This document shows positions 1-8,705 of a stretch of DNA of 64,000 bases, in pieces. The stretch comes from Candidatus Deferrimicrobiaceae bacterium (GTDB taxonomy: Bacteria > Methylomirabilota > Methylomirabilia > Rokubacteriales > CSP1-6), in contig DATHSW010000003.1 in assembly GCA_035463855.1 (NCBI GenBank), forward strand, positions 1,892 through 65,891. Reading direction: 5' to 3'. The position numbers and the translations under genes are program-made. Position 1 is the stretch's first letter. Every line of letters begins with the position of its first letter. The notes beneath the pieces were generated by a model that saw only the letters and a program-made list of their open reading frames with translations, was not told the DNA's origin and did not search any database.

Positions 1-303
1 CGCGGCGCACGCGATGATGGTGTCGGCGTTGGGCACGCGCAGCCCGCCCTGCACCGGGCGCACCGTCACCTCGCCGTGGGGCAGCTCCTTCTTGACGCGC
101 TCCACGTCCACCCGGCCCGGATCGGGCACGCCCACCGTCACGTCCACCAGCATGCGCCCGCCCTTGGCCCGCACCTCGGTGAAGAGCGGCAGGCTCGAGT
201 GCCGGATCGCGTCCGACACCGCGCGGCAGGCCGCCTTGGTTCCCTCGTCCCCGTGCACGTCCACGCCCATCCCGAACTCGAGCACCATCGCCTGTGCGGC
301 CAC
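1..303 (-). CDS. Lin0512-family conserved hypothetical protein (N-terminal ~100 aa; 3' end lies beyond window start)
   Basis: Minus-strand frame is open to position 1. Translation VAAQAMVLEFGMGVDVHGDEGTKAACRAVSDAIRHSSLPLFTEV... resembles the Lin0512_fam N-terminus. GAGGAG lies 6 nt upstream of GTG at 303; ATG at 288 is an alternative start. Confidence 0.55.
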   Translation of the reverse strand, partial: MAAQAMVLEFGMGVDVHGDEGTKAACRAVSDAIRHSSLPLFTEVRAKGGRMLVDVTVGVPDPGRVDVERVKKELPHGEVTVRPVQGGLRVPNADTIIACAA

Positions 304-372
304 GTTGTTCTCCTCTCAGTCGCTCGCGCTCGCCCTCCCCCGGGGCTATCCCCCGGGGCTATCCCCCGGGTG

Positions 373-1140
373 CTATCCGATGATGCTGCCGCCCATGACC
401 CGGATCGTGTCGCCCGTGACGTACGCGGAGGCGTCGGAGGCCAGGAACAGGCACGCCTCCGCGATCTCCTCCGGGCGGCCCAGCCGGCCGAGCGGGATGC
501 GCTTCAATTGCTCCGGCCCGCCCGGCGGCGCCTGGCGGAACTCAGGGTACCACTCGGCATAGCGGCGCTCGGTGTCGATGGTGCCCGGCACCACCATGTT
601 GACCCGGATGCCGGAGGGCCCCAGCTCGGCGGCGAGCGCCCGCACCAGGCCGAGCAGCCCGGTCTTGGCCGCGGTGACCGCGGCGGTGCCCGATCGCCCG
701 GTGAGGCTCGACTGCCCGCCGAGCGCGATGATGCTCCCCCGTCCCCGCTCCTTCATGCCCGGCACCACCGCGCGGGCCAGGTAGAAGGCGGAGTGGAGGT
801 TCACCGCGAAGACGCGGTGCCAATCTTCCAGCGAGGTCTCGGTGACCGGCTTGTGCGGCCGGATTGCCGCGTTGCACACGAGCACGTCGATCGCTCCGAA
901 GACCGCGAGGCCGTCCTTGACCATGGCCTCGACCGCGGCGGGATCGCCGATGTCGCCGAGCACGGACGCGACGCGCACCCCCCGCTGGCGGCACTCCTCC
1001 GCCACCGCTTCCAGCTCGTCGCGGTTGGCGCGGGTGTTCAGGACGAGGTCCGCGCCCTCCGCCGCGAAGGCGAGCGCGATGGCCCGCCCGATATTGCGGC
1101 TGGCCCCGGTGACGAAGGCGGTGCGGCCCCGCAGTCTCAT
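373..1140 (-). CDS. SDR family oxidoreductase
   Basis: 255 aa with TGASRNIGRAIA Rossmann motif, NAA, and the S...AAKxG catalytic region typical of classical SDRs. Confidence 0.9.
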   Translation of the reverse strand: MRLRGRTAFVTGASRNIGRAIALAFAAEGADLVLNTRANRDELEAVAEECRQRGVRVASVLGDIGDPAAVEAMVKDGLAVFGAIDVLVCNAAIRPHKPVTETSLEDWHRVFAVNLHSAFYLARAVVPGMKERGRGSIIALGGQSSLTGRSGTAAVTAAKTGLLGLVRALAAELGPSGIRVNMVVPGTIDTERRYAEWYPEFRQAPPGGPEQLKRIPLGRLGRPEEIAEACLFLASDASAYVTGDTIRVMGGSIIG

Positions 1141-1150
1141 CGGCCGTCTC

Positions 1151-2167
1151 TCATGGGCGTGGAGGGAGCGCGGCCACGTGCGGCATCACCTCGGCGGTGA
1201 AGAGATCGATGGAAGCGAACGCCTCCGCGTCGGTCATCTCGCCGAACATGAGGCGGCAGGCCAGGTAGGTGCAGCCGCTCACCTCGACCTGGCGGGCGAT
1301 CTCCTCGCGCACGCGCGCGGGCGTGCCCGCGATGGCGACCCCGCGCCGGCGCGCCTCGTCGAAGTCGGTGGCGAAGCGCACCGGCGTCGCGCCGAAATCG
1401 CGCCAGAGCTTGGTGAGGTTGGCGAACCAGACCGCGTATTTGGCCCGGCCGATCGCCTCCGCGGCGGCCTCGGTGCCCGCCACCACCACGTGGCGCGACA
1501 TGCCGAGCCGCGGCATGCCCCCGTCGCCGTGCTTGCGCTGCCAGACCTCCCGGTAGCGGTCGAAGAGCGGCGCGGCCATCTCGGGCGGGTTGTTGGTGAT
1601 CACGTTGACCCGATTGGTGGCCGCCCACTCCGCGCCCGCCGCGTGGCCGAGCCCGTACCAGAGCGGCGGGTGCGGCTTCTGGAAGGGCTTCAGGATCATC
1701 GGGACTTTTCGAAAAGTGTACTTCGGCCCGCGATGATCGAGCACGTCCGATTGCATCCCCTGCAGGACGATCTCGAGCGTCTCGCGGTAGATGTCCTCGG
1801 TCTCCAGGTGATGCAGATCGAAGAAGGCCATCTCGTAGGGGACGATGCCCCGGCCCACCCCGAAGTCGAAGCGGCCCCGCGAGAGATGATCGAGCATGCA
1901 CACCTCCTCGATCAGCCGGAGCGGGTTGTAGAGCGGCAGGCAGTAGACGCAGGGCCCGAGGCGGATGCGGCGGGTGCGCTGGGTGGCCGCGGCCAGGAAG
2001 ACGCCCGGCACGGGCGCCAGCCCGAGCGGCGTCGCGTGGTGCTCGGCCAGGTGGTACGAGTAGAACCCCGCCGCGTCGTACCGCTCGAGCAGCCGCAGCC
2101 GGTGCTCGTAGAAGTCGGCCAGCGGCATGTCCCGACGGTCGAGATGGTCGAAGACGCCCAGGTCCAT
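1151..2167 (-). CDS. LLM-class (luciferase-like) flavin-dependent oxidoreductase
   Basis: 338 aa; MDLGVF...YSYHLAEHH...GRFDFGVGRG pattern typical of luciferase-like monooxygenases. Confidence 0.9.
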   Translation of the reverse strand: MDLGVFDHLDRRDMPLADFYEHRLRLLERYDAAGFYSYHLAEHHATPLGLAPVPGVFLAAATQRTRRIRLGPCVYCLPLYNPLRLIEEVCMLDHLSRGRFDFGVGRGIVPYEMAFFDLHHLETEDIYRETLEIVLQGMQSDVLDHRGPKYTFRKVPMILKPFQKPHPPLWYGLGHAAGAEWAATNRVNVITNNPPEMAAPLFDRYREVWQRKHGDGGMPRLGMSRHVVVAGTEAAAEAIGRAKYAVWFANLTKLWRDFGATPVRFATDFDEARRRGVAIAGTPARVREEIARQVEVSGCTYLACRLMFGEMTDAEAFASIDLFTAEVMPHVAALPPRP

Positions 2168-2264
2168 GTGCCCTCCTCCCGTCTGGTGGCGGGACCGGCA
2201 GGTAGGGTACCATGGGGCCGTTTTCCAGAGTGACCCCGGGGCGGGGCGGAGAGGAGCCAGCGCG

Positions 2265-3980
2265 ATGGCCTATGACCTGCTGATCAAGAACGGATGGGTG
2301 GTGGACGGATCCGGCCTGCCGCGGTACCGCGGAGACGTGGGCGTGAAGGACGGGCGGATCGTCGCCATCGGTCGACTCCGCGAGGGTGCACGAGAGGTCA
2401 TCGACGCGGAGGGGCGGGTCGTGGCGCCGGGCTTCGTGGACGGTCACACTCACATGGACGCCCAGATCTTCTGGGATCCGCTCGGGACGTCCTCCTGCTG
2501 GCACGGCATCACCAGCGTGGTCATGGGCAACTGCGGCTTCACCCTCGCGCCCTGCGCCAAGGAAGACCGGCACCTGGTCATTCGCAATCTCGAGCGCGCG
2601 GAGGACATCGCGGCCGAGGCCATGGAGGCCGGCATCGACTGGCGCTGGACCACCTTCCCCGAGTTCCTCGACACGCTCGAGTCGCTGCCCAAGGGCATCA
2701 ACTACTCGGGCTACATCGGCCACTCCGCGCTGCGCACCTACGTGATGGGCGAGCGCGCCTTCGAGCAGGCGGCCAGCGAGGCCGACCTGGCCGCGATGGA
2801 GCGCGAGCTGCGCAACGCGCTCATGGCCGGCGCCATCGGCTTCACGACGTCCCGGTCGCCGAGCCATGAGACGCCCGACGCGCGCCCGGTGGCGAGCCGG
2901 ATCGCCGCCTGGGACGAGGTGCGGCGGCTGGTGGGCGCGATGGGCGAGCTGAACGCGGGCATCTTCGAGCTGGCGGGGGAGGGGGTGGACCGCAAGGTGG
3001 ACCACCCGGATCTGCCCGACTACCACGCGCGGCTCAAGGCCCTGGCCGTCGAGACGGGCCGGCCGATCACCTTCGGCCTCTTCACCCGCAAGGACGCACC
3101 CGACATGTGGCGCCACTACGTGCGCCTGATCGAGGAGACCAAGGCCGCGGGCGGGCGCATGTTCGCCCAGGTGCACAGCCGGGCGCTCAGCGTGGTGCTC
3201 TCGTTCAAGACCCAGCTGCCGTTCGACCGGCTCCCGGTGTGGAAGGAGCTCCGCGCGCTGCCCCTCGGCGAGCAGCAGACGCGACTGCGCGACCCCGAGC
3301 TGCGGAAGCGCCTGGTCGAGGCCGCGCGCGAGCGGGACAACCGCCGCGCGATCGGCACCGAGGCCCGGCAGGCCGCCTACGACTGGATCTTCGTGATGGA
3401 CTCGGTGGACCCGCCGCACCGGTCGGTCGCCGAGATCGCGCGCGAGCGCAACGTGGACCCGGTCGAGGCGATGATCGACCTCGCGCTCGAGCGAGACATG
3501 GACCGGTTCTTCTTCCACCCGATCGCCAACGAGAACCAGGAGCTGGCGCTGGAGCTGATCAAGCACCCGCAGGCGGTGGTGACCTTCTCCGACTCCGGCG
3601 CCCACGTCTCCCAGCTCATGGACTCGTCGCTCCAGACCTACCTCCTGAGCCACTGGGTGCGCGCCAAGCAGGCGCTCACGCTCGAGCAGGCGGTGCGCAT
3701 GCTGTCGTTCGTGCCCGCCAGCTACTGGGGCTTCACCGATCGCGGCCTGATCCGCGAGGGCATGGCCGCCGACTTCGTGGTCTTCGATCCCGACACCATC
3801 GCGGCCGAGCTGCCCGAGGTGGTGCGGGACCTGCCCGCGGGCGCCAAGCGCCTGATCCAGCGCACCCGCGGCATCGCGGCCACCGTGGTCAACGGCGAGA
3901 TCCTGCTGCGCGACGGCAAGCACACCGGCGCGCACCCCGGACGGCTCCTGCGCGGCCCGCTCGCGCGGGCGACGGCCTAG
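2265..3980 (+). CDS. D-aminoacylase / N-acyl-D-amino-acid deacylase family amidohydrolase (copy 1)
   Basis: MAYDLLIKNGWVVDGSG...GFVDGHTHMD metal-binding HxH motif; GGAGAGGAG RBS upstream of ATG 2265. The track ORF from 2127 is an upstream extension. Confidence 0.9.
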   Translation: MAYDLLIKNGWVVDGSGLPRYRGDVGVKDGRIVAIGRLREGAREVIDAEGRVVAPGFVDGHTHMDAQIFWDPLGTSSCWHGITSVVMGNCGFTLAPCAKEDRHLVIRNLERAEDIAAEAMEAGIDWRWTTFPEFLDTLESLPKGINYSGYIGHSALRTYVMGERAFEQAASEADLAAMERELRNALMAGAIGFTTSRSPSHETPDARPVASRIAAWDEVRRLVGAMGELNAGIFELAGEGVDRKVDHPDLPDYHARLKALAVETGRPITFGLFTRKDAPDMWRHYVRLIEETKAAGGRMFAQVHSRALSVVLSFKTQLPFDRLPVWKELRALPLGEQQTRLRDPELRKRLVEAARERDNRRAIGTEARQAAYDWIFVMDSVDPPHRSVAEIARERNVDPVEAMIDLALERDMDRFFFHPIANENQELALELIKHPQAVVTFSDSGAHVSQLMDSSLQTYLLSHWVRAKQALTLEQAVRMLSFVPASYWGFTDRGLIREGMAADFVVFDPDTIAAELPEVVRDLPAGAKRLIQRTRGIAATVVNGEILLRDGKHTGAHPGRLLRGPLARATA

Positions 3981-3990
3981 GAGGCCCGCC

Positions 3991-4986
3991 ATGGCCAAGC
4001 TGCTCGAGGGCAGGACCGCGCTGGTGACGGGCGCGGGCCGCGGCATCGGCCGCGGCATCGCGATCGCGCTGGCCAAGGCCGGCGCCAAGGTGGTGGTCAA
4101 CGACCTGGGCGCGGGCCTGGACGGCGAAGGGGTGGCCACCGGACCGGCCGCCCAGGTGGTGGACGAGATCGTCAAGGCGGGCGGCACCGCCGCGCCCAAC
4201 TACGGCTCGGTGGCCGACTACAAGCAGGCCAACGAGATGGTGGACCAGGTCGTGAAGACCTACGGCCGGATCGACATCCTCGTCAACGTGGCCGGCATCC
4301 TGCGCGACCGCATGATCTTCAACATGACCAAGGAAGAGTGGGACGCGGTGCTGGCCGTGCATCTCGACGGCACCTTCTTCTGCACGCGCGCGGCCTCGAT
4401 CCACATGCGCGAGCAGAAGTACGGGCGCATCGTCAGCATGTCGTCGGTCTCCGCGCTCGGCTCGCCCGGGCAGCCCAACTACGGCGCGGCCAAGGCCGGC
4501 ATCATCGGCCTCTCCTGGTCCACCGCCAACGGGATGGCCAAGTACAACGTCACGTCGAACGCGATCCTGCCGAGCGGGGCCACCAGAATGATCGACTCCA
4601 CCCCGCGCGGCCGGCAGATCTTCGAGCAGACCGGGAAATGGCCGAGCGAGCAGGCCATCGGCACCGAGCGCGATCCCGACAACGTGGCCCCGCTCGTCGT
4701 CTACCTGGCCAGCGAGGGCGCCGGTCACGTCAACGGGCAGGTCTTCCACTCCTTCGGCTACGGCTACACCCTGATGGCCCTGCCCGAGCCCATCCGCCGC
4801 ATCGAAGCGGACCGAAGGCTCGAGCCCGAGGAGCTGGCCAAGCTGTTCCCGGACACGCTCGGTCGGAGCCTCCACGAGCCGCCCGGCACCAACTTCGGCA
4901 AGAGCCTCAACGAGCGGCCCAAGCAGGAGTGGAAGGATCTCGGCAAGGGCGTGCGGTACTGGCAGTCGCCCTGGGAGGCGCGTTGA
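3991..4986 (+). CDS. SDR family oxidoreductase with C-terminal extension
   Basis: TGAGRGIGRGIA glycine motif, NVAG, and S...YGAAKAG catalytic tetrad region; 331 aa. Confidence 0.9.
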   Translation: MAKLLEGRTALVTGAGRGIGRGIAIALAKAGAKVVVNDLGAGLDGEGVATGPAAQVVDEIVKAGGTAAPNYGSVADYKQANEMVDQVVKTYGRIDILVNVAGILRDRMIFNMTKEEWDAVLAVHLDGTFFCTRAASIHMREQKYGRIVSMSSVSALGSPGQPNYGAAKAGIIGLSWSTANGMAKYNVTSNAILPSGATRMIDSTPRGRQIFEQTGKWPSEQAIGTERDPDNVAPLVVYLASEGAGHVNGQVFHSFGYGYTLMALPEPIRRIEADRRLEPEELAKLFPDTLGRSLHEPPGTNFGKSLNERPKQEWKDLGKGVRYWQSPWEAR

Positions 4987-5483
4987 CCAACGTCCTGCTG
5001 GTCTGTCATGCCAACACCTGCCGCAGCGTGATGGCCCACGTCCTCCTGGAGAAGATGCTGATCGCGCGGCGCCGAGAGACCGCGGTGCGCGTCCGCTCGG
5101 GCGGCATCGCCAACCACGCCCGCGACGGGATGATCCCCTCGCTCGACGCGCGCATCGTGCTGCGCGAGGACGACATCCACCTGGCCGAGGATGCGTTCGC
5201 CTCCACCGACCTCCGCCGCCATCGCGACATCGTGGCCGAGGCGCACCTGATCGTGACCATGACCGCGCAGCAAAAGGAGATGATCGGCGCCTACGAGGAA
5301 GCGCGGGGGCGGCTGATCCTGACGCTGCACGAGCTGGCCGGCGAAGCGGGCGACGTCGACGACCCGTTCGGCCAGGGCGAGGACCGCTACCGCGCGACCC
5401 GCGACGAGATCAAGCGCTGCCTCGAGCTGGGCGTGGACCGGATGCTGACCTTGCTGCACGACCGGAAGGAGATCACCCGATGA
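4983..5483 (+). CDS. Low-molecular-weight phosphotyrosine phosphatase / ArsC-like family protein
   Basis: LTNVLLVCHANTCRSVMA contains the CX5R(S) P-loop, and DDPFG lies near the C-terminus. TTG 4983 overlaps the SDR stop (TTGA); GGGAGG lies 6 nt upstream. Confidence 0.8.
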   Translation: MTNVLLVCHANTCRSVMAHVLLEKMLIARRRETAVRVRSGGIANHARDGMIPSLDARIVLREDDIHLAEDAFASTDLRRHRDIVAEAHLIVTMTAQQKEMIGAYEEARGRLILTLHELAGEAGDVDDPFGQGEDRYRATRDEIKRCLELGVDRMLTLLHDRKEITR

Positions 5484-6010
5484 ACCAAGACGAGCAGATC
5501 CTCTACGACCCCACCGCCGAGCCCCGGATCCTGGCGACCGGCCTGGCGCCCCGCCTGGCGAGCCTCGAGGGCAAGCGCGCGGGCATCCTCGACAACAGCA
5601 AGGCCAACGCGGGCACCCTGATGCTGGCGGTGGTCGCGCGCCTCAAGGAGAAGTACGGCGTCCGCGACGTCGTCAAGCGCGAGAAGGGCATCGCGGGCGC
5701 GCCCAGCCCCGACATCCTGGCCGCGCTCACGACGTGCGACTTCGTCCTGGTCGGCAGCGCCGACTGAGGGTCGTGCACGTCGTGGAGTATCCACGGCGCC
5801 ATCGTGCTGGAGCAGCGGGGGATCCCCACCGTGGTCATGGGGACGTATGAGTTCGAGCAGCTGGCGAAGCTCGAGGCGAAGAACCGCGGGCTCGCCGACC
5901 TGCCCCTGGCCCTGATCCCCCACCCGCTGGGGGGCATCCGCGAGGACGAGGTCAGAAAGAAGGCGGAGCTGGTGGTCGAGATCGTCCGGAAAGCCGTCAC
6001 CCGCGCATGA
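5480..6010 (+). CDS. UGSC-family selenoprotein (in-frame UGA 5765-5767 read as Sec; track splits it into 5480..5767 and 5804..6010)
   Basis: Both ORFs are in the same frame. Read-through gives ...FVLVGSAD-U-GSCTSWSIHGAIVLEQRGIPTVV. ATGA overlaps occur at both ends (5480/5483 and 6007/6010), and a hairpin follows the UGA. Confidence 0.7.
5778..5798 (+). promoter_or_regulatory. Candidate bacterial SECIS hairpin
   Basis: CGTCGTGG-AGTAT-CCACGGCG: 8-bp stem (one G-U) with a 5-nt loop carrying G at position 2. The stem starts 10 nt after the UGA and the loop starts 21 nt from the U of UGA. Confidence 0.45.
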
Positions 6011-7098
6011 GCACGCTGGGGCCGGTCGCGCGGACACTCCGGATTCGCGGCGGCTACGCCGCGATCTTTCGGCACTACCAGGACCAGGGCTGGACGGATG
6101 GGCTGCCGATCGTGCCGCCCACCGAGGACGATCTGCGCGAGTTCCTGCGCTTCACCGACCGCGCCCCCCGTGAAGTCGTGGCGGTGCTGCCGCCGCGCCA
6201 GGGCGAGGCCACGGTGGAGCGCATCGCGATCAACGCGATCATGGCGGGCTGCCGGCCGGAATGTCTTCCGATCGTCATCACCGCGGTCGAGGCGTTGGCC
6301 GATCCCGCCTTCAACCTCGACTCGATCCAGGCCACCACGCACCCGGTGGCCCCGCTCATCATCGTCAACGGGCCGATCGCGAAGGAGGTCGGCATCAACG
6401 CGGGCTACAACGCCTTCGGCCAGGGCTTCCGCGCCAACCTCACGATCGGGCGCGCGATCCGGCTCCTGCTCATGAACGTGGGCGGCGGCCTGCCCGGCAC
6501 CGGCGACCGCGCCACCCAGGGCAGCCCGGCCAAGATCGCCTACTGCGTGGCCGAGAACGAGGAGGCGAATCCGTGGGAGCCGCTGCACGTCGAGCACGGC
6601 TTCCCGGCCGACACGAGCCTGGTCACCGCGATCGCGTGCGAGGGCCCGCACAATATCCAGGACCACTTCAGCTACACCGGGCTCGGCATCCTGAAGGTGA
6701 TCGCGGGCGCCATGGGCCAGGCGGGCAGCAACAACATCCTGGCCGGTGGGCATCCGCTGCTCTGCCTCGGGCCGGAGCACGCGGCCACCATCGCGCGCGA
6801 CGGCTTCACCAAGCGGCAGGTCAAGGAGTTCCTGGTCGAGCACGCGCGCTTCCCGCTCGCCCGGCTGGGCGACGAGTACCGCGCCCATCTCATCCAGCGC
6901 GGGGCCAGGGACGCGCCCGACACCATGATACCGGCGGTGCGCTCGGTCGACGACGTGAGCGTGATCGTGGTGGGCGGCGCGGGCAAGCACTCCTGCTGGC
7001 AGCCGACCTTCGGGGACCAGACCGGGCCGGCAAGGCGGCCGATCGCGAGGAAGGACGGCACGCCGCTGAGGACGGTCGCCGAGCTAGCCGACCGCTAA
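6007..7098 (+). CDS. Conserved hypothetical protein (363 aa), translationally coupled to the UGSC gene
   Basis: Long ORF with coding-like composition and an ATGA overlap with the upstream gene; no domain recognised by eye. Confidence 0.8.
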   Translation: MSTLGPVARTLRIRGGYAAIFRHYQDQGWTDGLPIVPPTEDDLREFLRFTDRAPREVVAVLPPRQGEATVERIAINAIMAGCRPECLPIVITAVEALADPAFNLDSIQATTHPVAPLIIVNGPIAKEVGINAGYNAFGQGFRANLTIGRAIRLLLMNVGGGLPGTGDRATQGSPAKIAYCVAENEEANPWEPLHVEHGFPADTSLVTAIACEGPHNIQDHFSYTGLGILKVIAGAMGQAGSNNILAGGHPLLCLGPEHAATIARDGFTKRQVKEFLVEHARFPLARLGDEYRAHLIQRGARDAPDTMIPAVRSVDDVSVIVVGGAGKHSCWQPTFGDQTGPARRPIARKDGTPLRTVAELADR

Positions 7099-7138
7099 CT
7101 GCCCCGCCTACAAGGGCCGTTAGCTCGGGGCGCAGGCC

Positions 7139-7162
7139 GTTACCAACCGGTCGGTTGGTAAC
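7139..7162. repeat. 24-bp palindrome GTTACCAACCGGTCGGTTGGTAAC (copy 1; extra ACGCC on the island side)
   Basis: Perfect 11-bp arms around a central GT. A second copy lies at 16367-16390, and the reverse complement of copy 1 plus its flank matches copy 2 plus its flank. Confidence 0.85.
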
Positions 7163-7390
7163 ACGCCCGACCTCAATTTGAGGAGCCGGAGCTGCCGCAT
7201 CGTGATCAGCTCGGCAGCGACGCACGAGTCAAGGCTCCGCTGGCTCGTCTCGTGCTCCTGGTGGCCGACCAGCCTGAGCGACCGCTCGCCTAGTTCCCGA
7301 GAGAGCAGGCCAACGCGAACGCAGTAAGCACAGTTTCCTTTGCTCCCTGCGCCCCTCGCACTGATAGGCTCGACTCACGGCGTCCCGACT

Positions 7391-7486
7391 ATGATCTTTG
7401 ACGAGATCGGGAACTGGTCCGAAATCAAGTTAGACATCATCCGCAAATACGCGGCCGCCTATTCGACGATCATGGCCGCGCAGAAG
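7391..7486 (+). pseudogene. Truncated N-terminal fragment of a TcmP-like (three-Cys-motif partner) protein gene
   Basis: MIFDEIGNWSEIKLDIIRKYAAAYSTIMAAQK resembles the TcmP N-terminus. The reading then degenerates and runs into the 3' end of the convergent P-II gene. Confidence 0.35.
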
Positions 7487-7538
7487 AGGCGGCGCCATCG
7501 GGTGGGCCCTCGGATGTGCGAGCGCGTGCGGTGCGCCA

Positions 7539-7880
7539 CTAGCATAGGACCGCCTCCCCAGCCTCGCCCGTGCGGATCCGGATCGCCGCGCTGACCGGCA
7601 GCACGAATACCTGCCCATCCCCCGCGAGCTCGGTCCGCGCCACCCGGCAGATGGTGGCGACGACCGCGGCCACGACATCATCCGCCACGACGACCTCAAC
7701 TGCGGCCTTCGGGACGAGGTCGGTCGTGTACTCCGCGTCCGGGTGATGCGCGGTCCGGTCAGCTTCGTTGCCGGACCCACGCACCCCGGTCACCGTGAGT
7801 CCGCCGACGCCCAGCGCGATCAGCGCATCCTTCATGTCATCGACCGTGAAGGGCCGAATCACGGCCTCGATCTTCTTCAT
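7539..7880 (-). CDS. P-II family nitrogen regulatory protein (orphan)
   Basis: 113 aa; MKKIEAVIRPF...GLTVTGVRG...(T-loop)...GDGQVFVLPV..AIRIRTGE matches the GlnB/GlnK architecture. The track ORF to 8534 is an upstream extension. Confidence 0.85.
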   Translation of the reverse strand: MKKIEAVIRPFTVDDMKDALIALGVGGLTVTGVRGSGNEADRTAHHPDAEYTTDLVPKAAVEVVVADDVVAAVVATICRVARTELAGDGQVFVLPVSAAIRIRTGEAGEAVLC

Positions 7881-8705
7881 GAGACACACCCCGTCGCGGC
7901 GTGCGGAAGCGGATGTCCCGCGCGCCACCCTCTCCCGACCCATCCTTTTCAGCGGTGGTCCCTTAGCCTCCACGCCGGTGGCCGAGCATCTATTCACTGA
8001 TCGCGATGCCCTCGACGGTCCTTCCTTCGCCGCTTCGCAGCGTCGTCGCGGATTCCCTCGCCTCGGTCTGCCGAGCGCGGCAACAGCAAGCACGAGGAGT
8101 GACCGCCACCACATGGTCCCCTCCGGTCTGATGCTTACCAAGTCTCTTGCCAAAGAAGAACTGACTGCAGAATCGACCACTTGCAGCGACGAAAGCCAGG
8201 ACATAATGAGGCACGACGGTCGCAGGTGGAGAGCCCTCGCCCCATTAAGACACAGCCCAACGTCAGCATCCTCCTTGGGCCAGGCTCGCAGCGGCCTTGA
8301 CGTACGTGGGGGGCGTCGCCACACGAGGCGGGGCTCAGGGGCCTCAGCCTTGGAGGTGCTACTGACGGCATCCGCCCCACCCTCGGGTCGTTTTCGGTCG
8401 TTGCAGGGACCCGCAATCAACCGACTCGCCTCAGCTTCGAGGTGGATATCGTCTCGTGGGAAGATAAGAATGTCTCTGAGTTTCTTGCAGGTCGGTGCCG
8501 CACGCTGCCACGCCGTCACGCCGTCTGATCCCATGTTTGCCCTAGAGAAAATGGTGCGCCTAGGGGATTGTGCGACAGACCACTTGGAAGTATGGGTCGA
8601 CCACGGGTCCGGCCAAATCGAAGGACCAGCCCCGCTAGGGGCCCTGCTCGCTCAGGTCGAGCAGCGGGCGTGGCAGGCGCCCACGTCCGGCGAGGGGGTG
8701 GCGAG

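Noticed and set aside
1137-4199. 1020-aa minus-strand ORF, and similar giant ORFs (for example 59920..62781 minus, 17403..18905 minus, 16394..18121 minus, 25537..27918 minus, and the upstream parts of 24718..27981 and 25554..29252)
   Set aside because: They lie antisense or out of frame to genes with clear family motifs. Their translations are Arg/Gly/Pro/Ala-rich low-complexity strings, and stop-free shadow frames are expected at this G+C content.
7139-7162. The 24-bp palindrome as a dif/XerCD site
   Set aside because: The arms are separated by only 2-4 nt rather than the 6-8 nt central region of Xer sites, and the arm sequence is unlike dif consensus.
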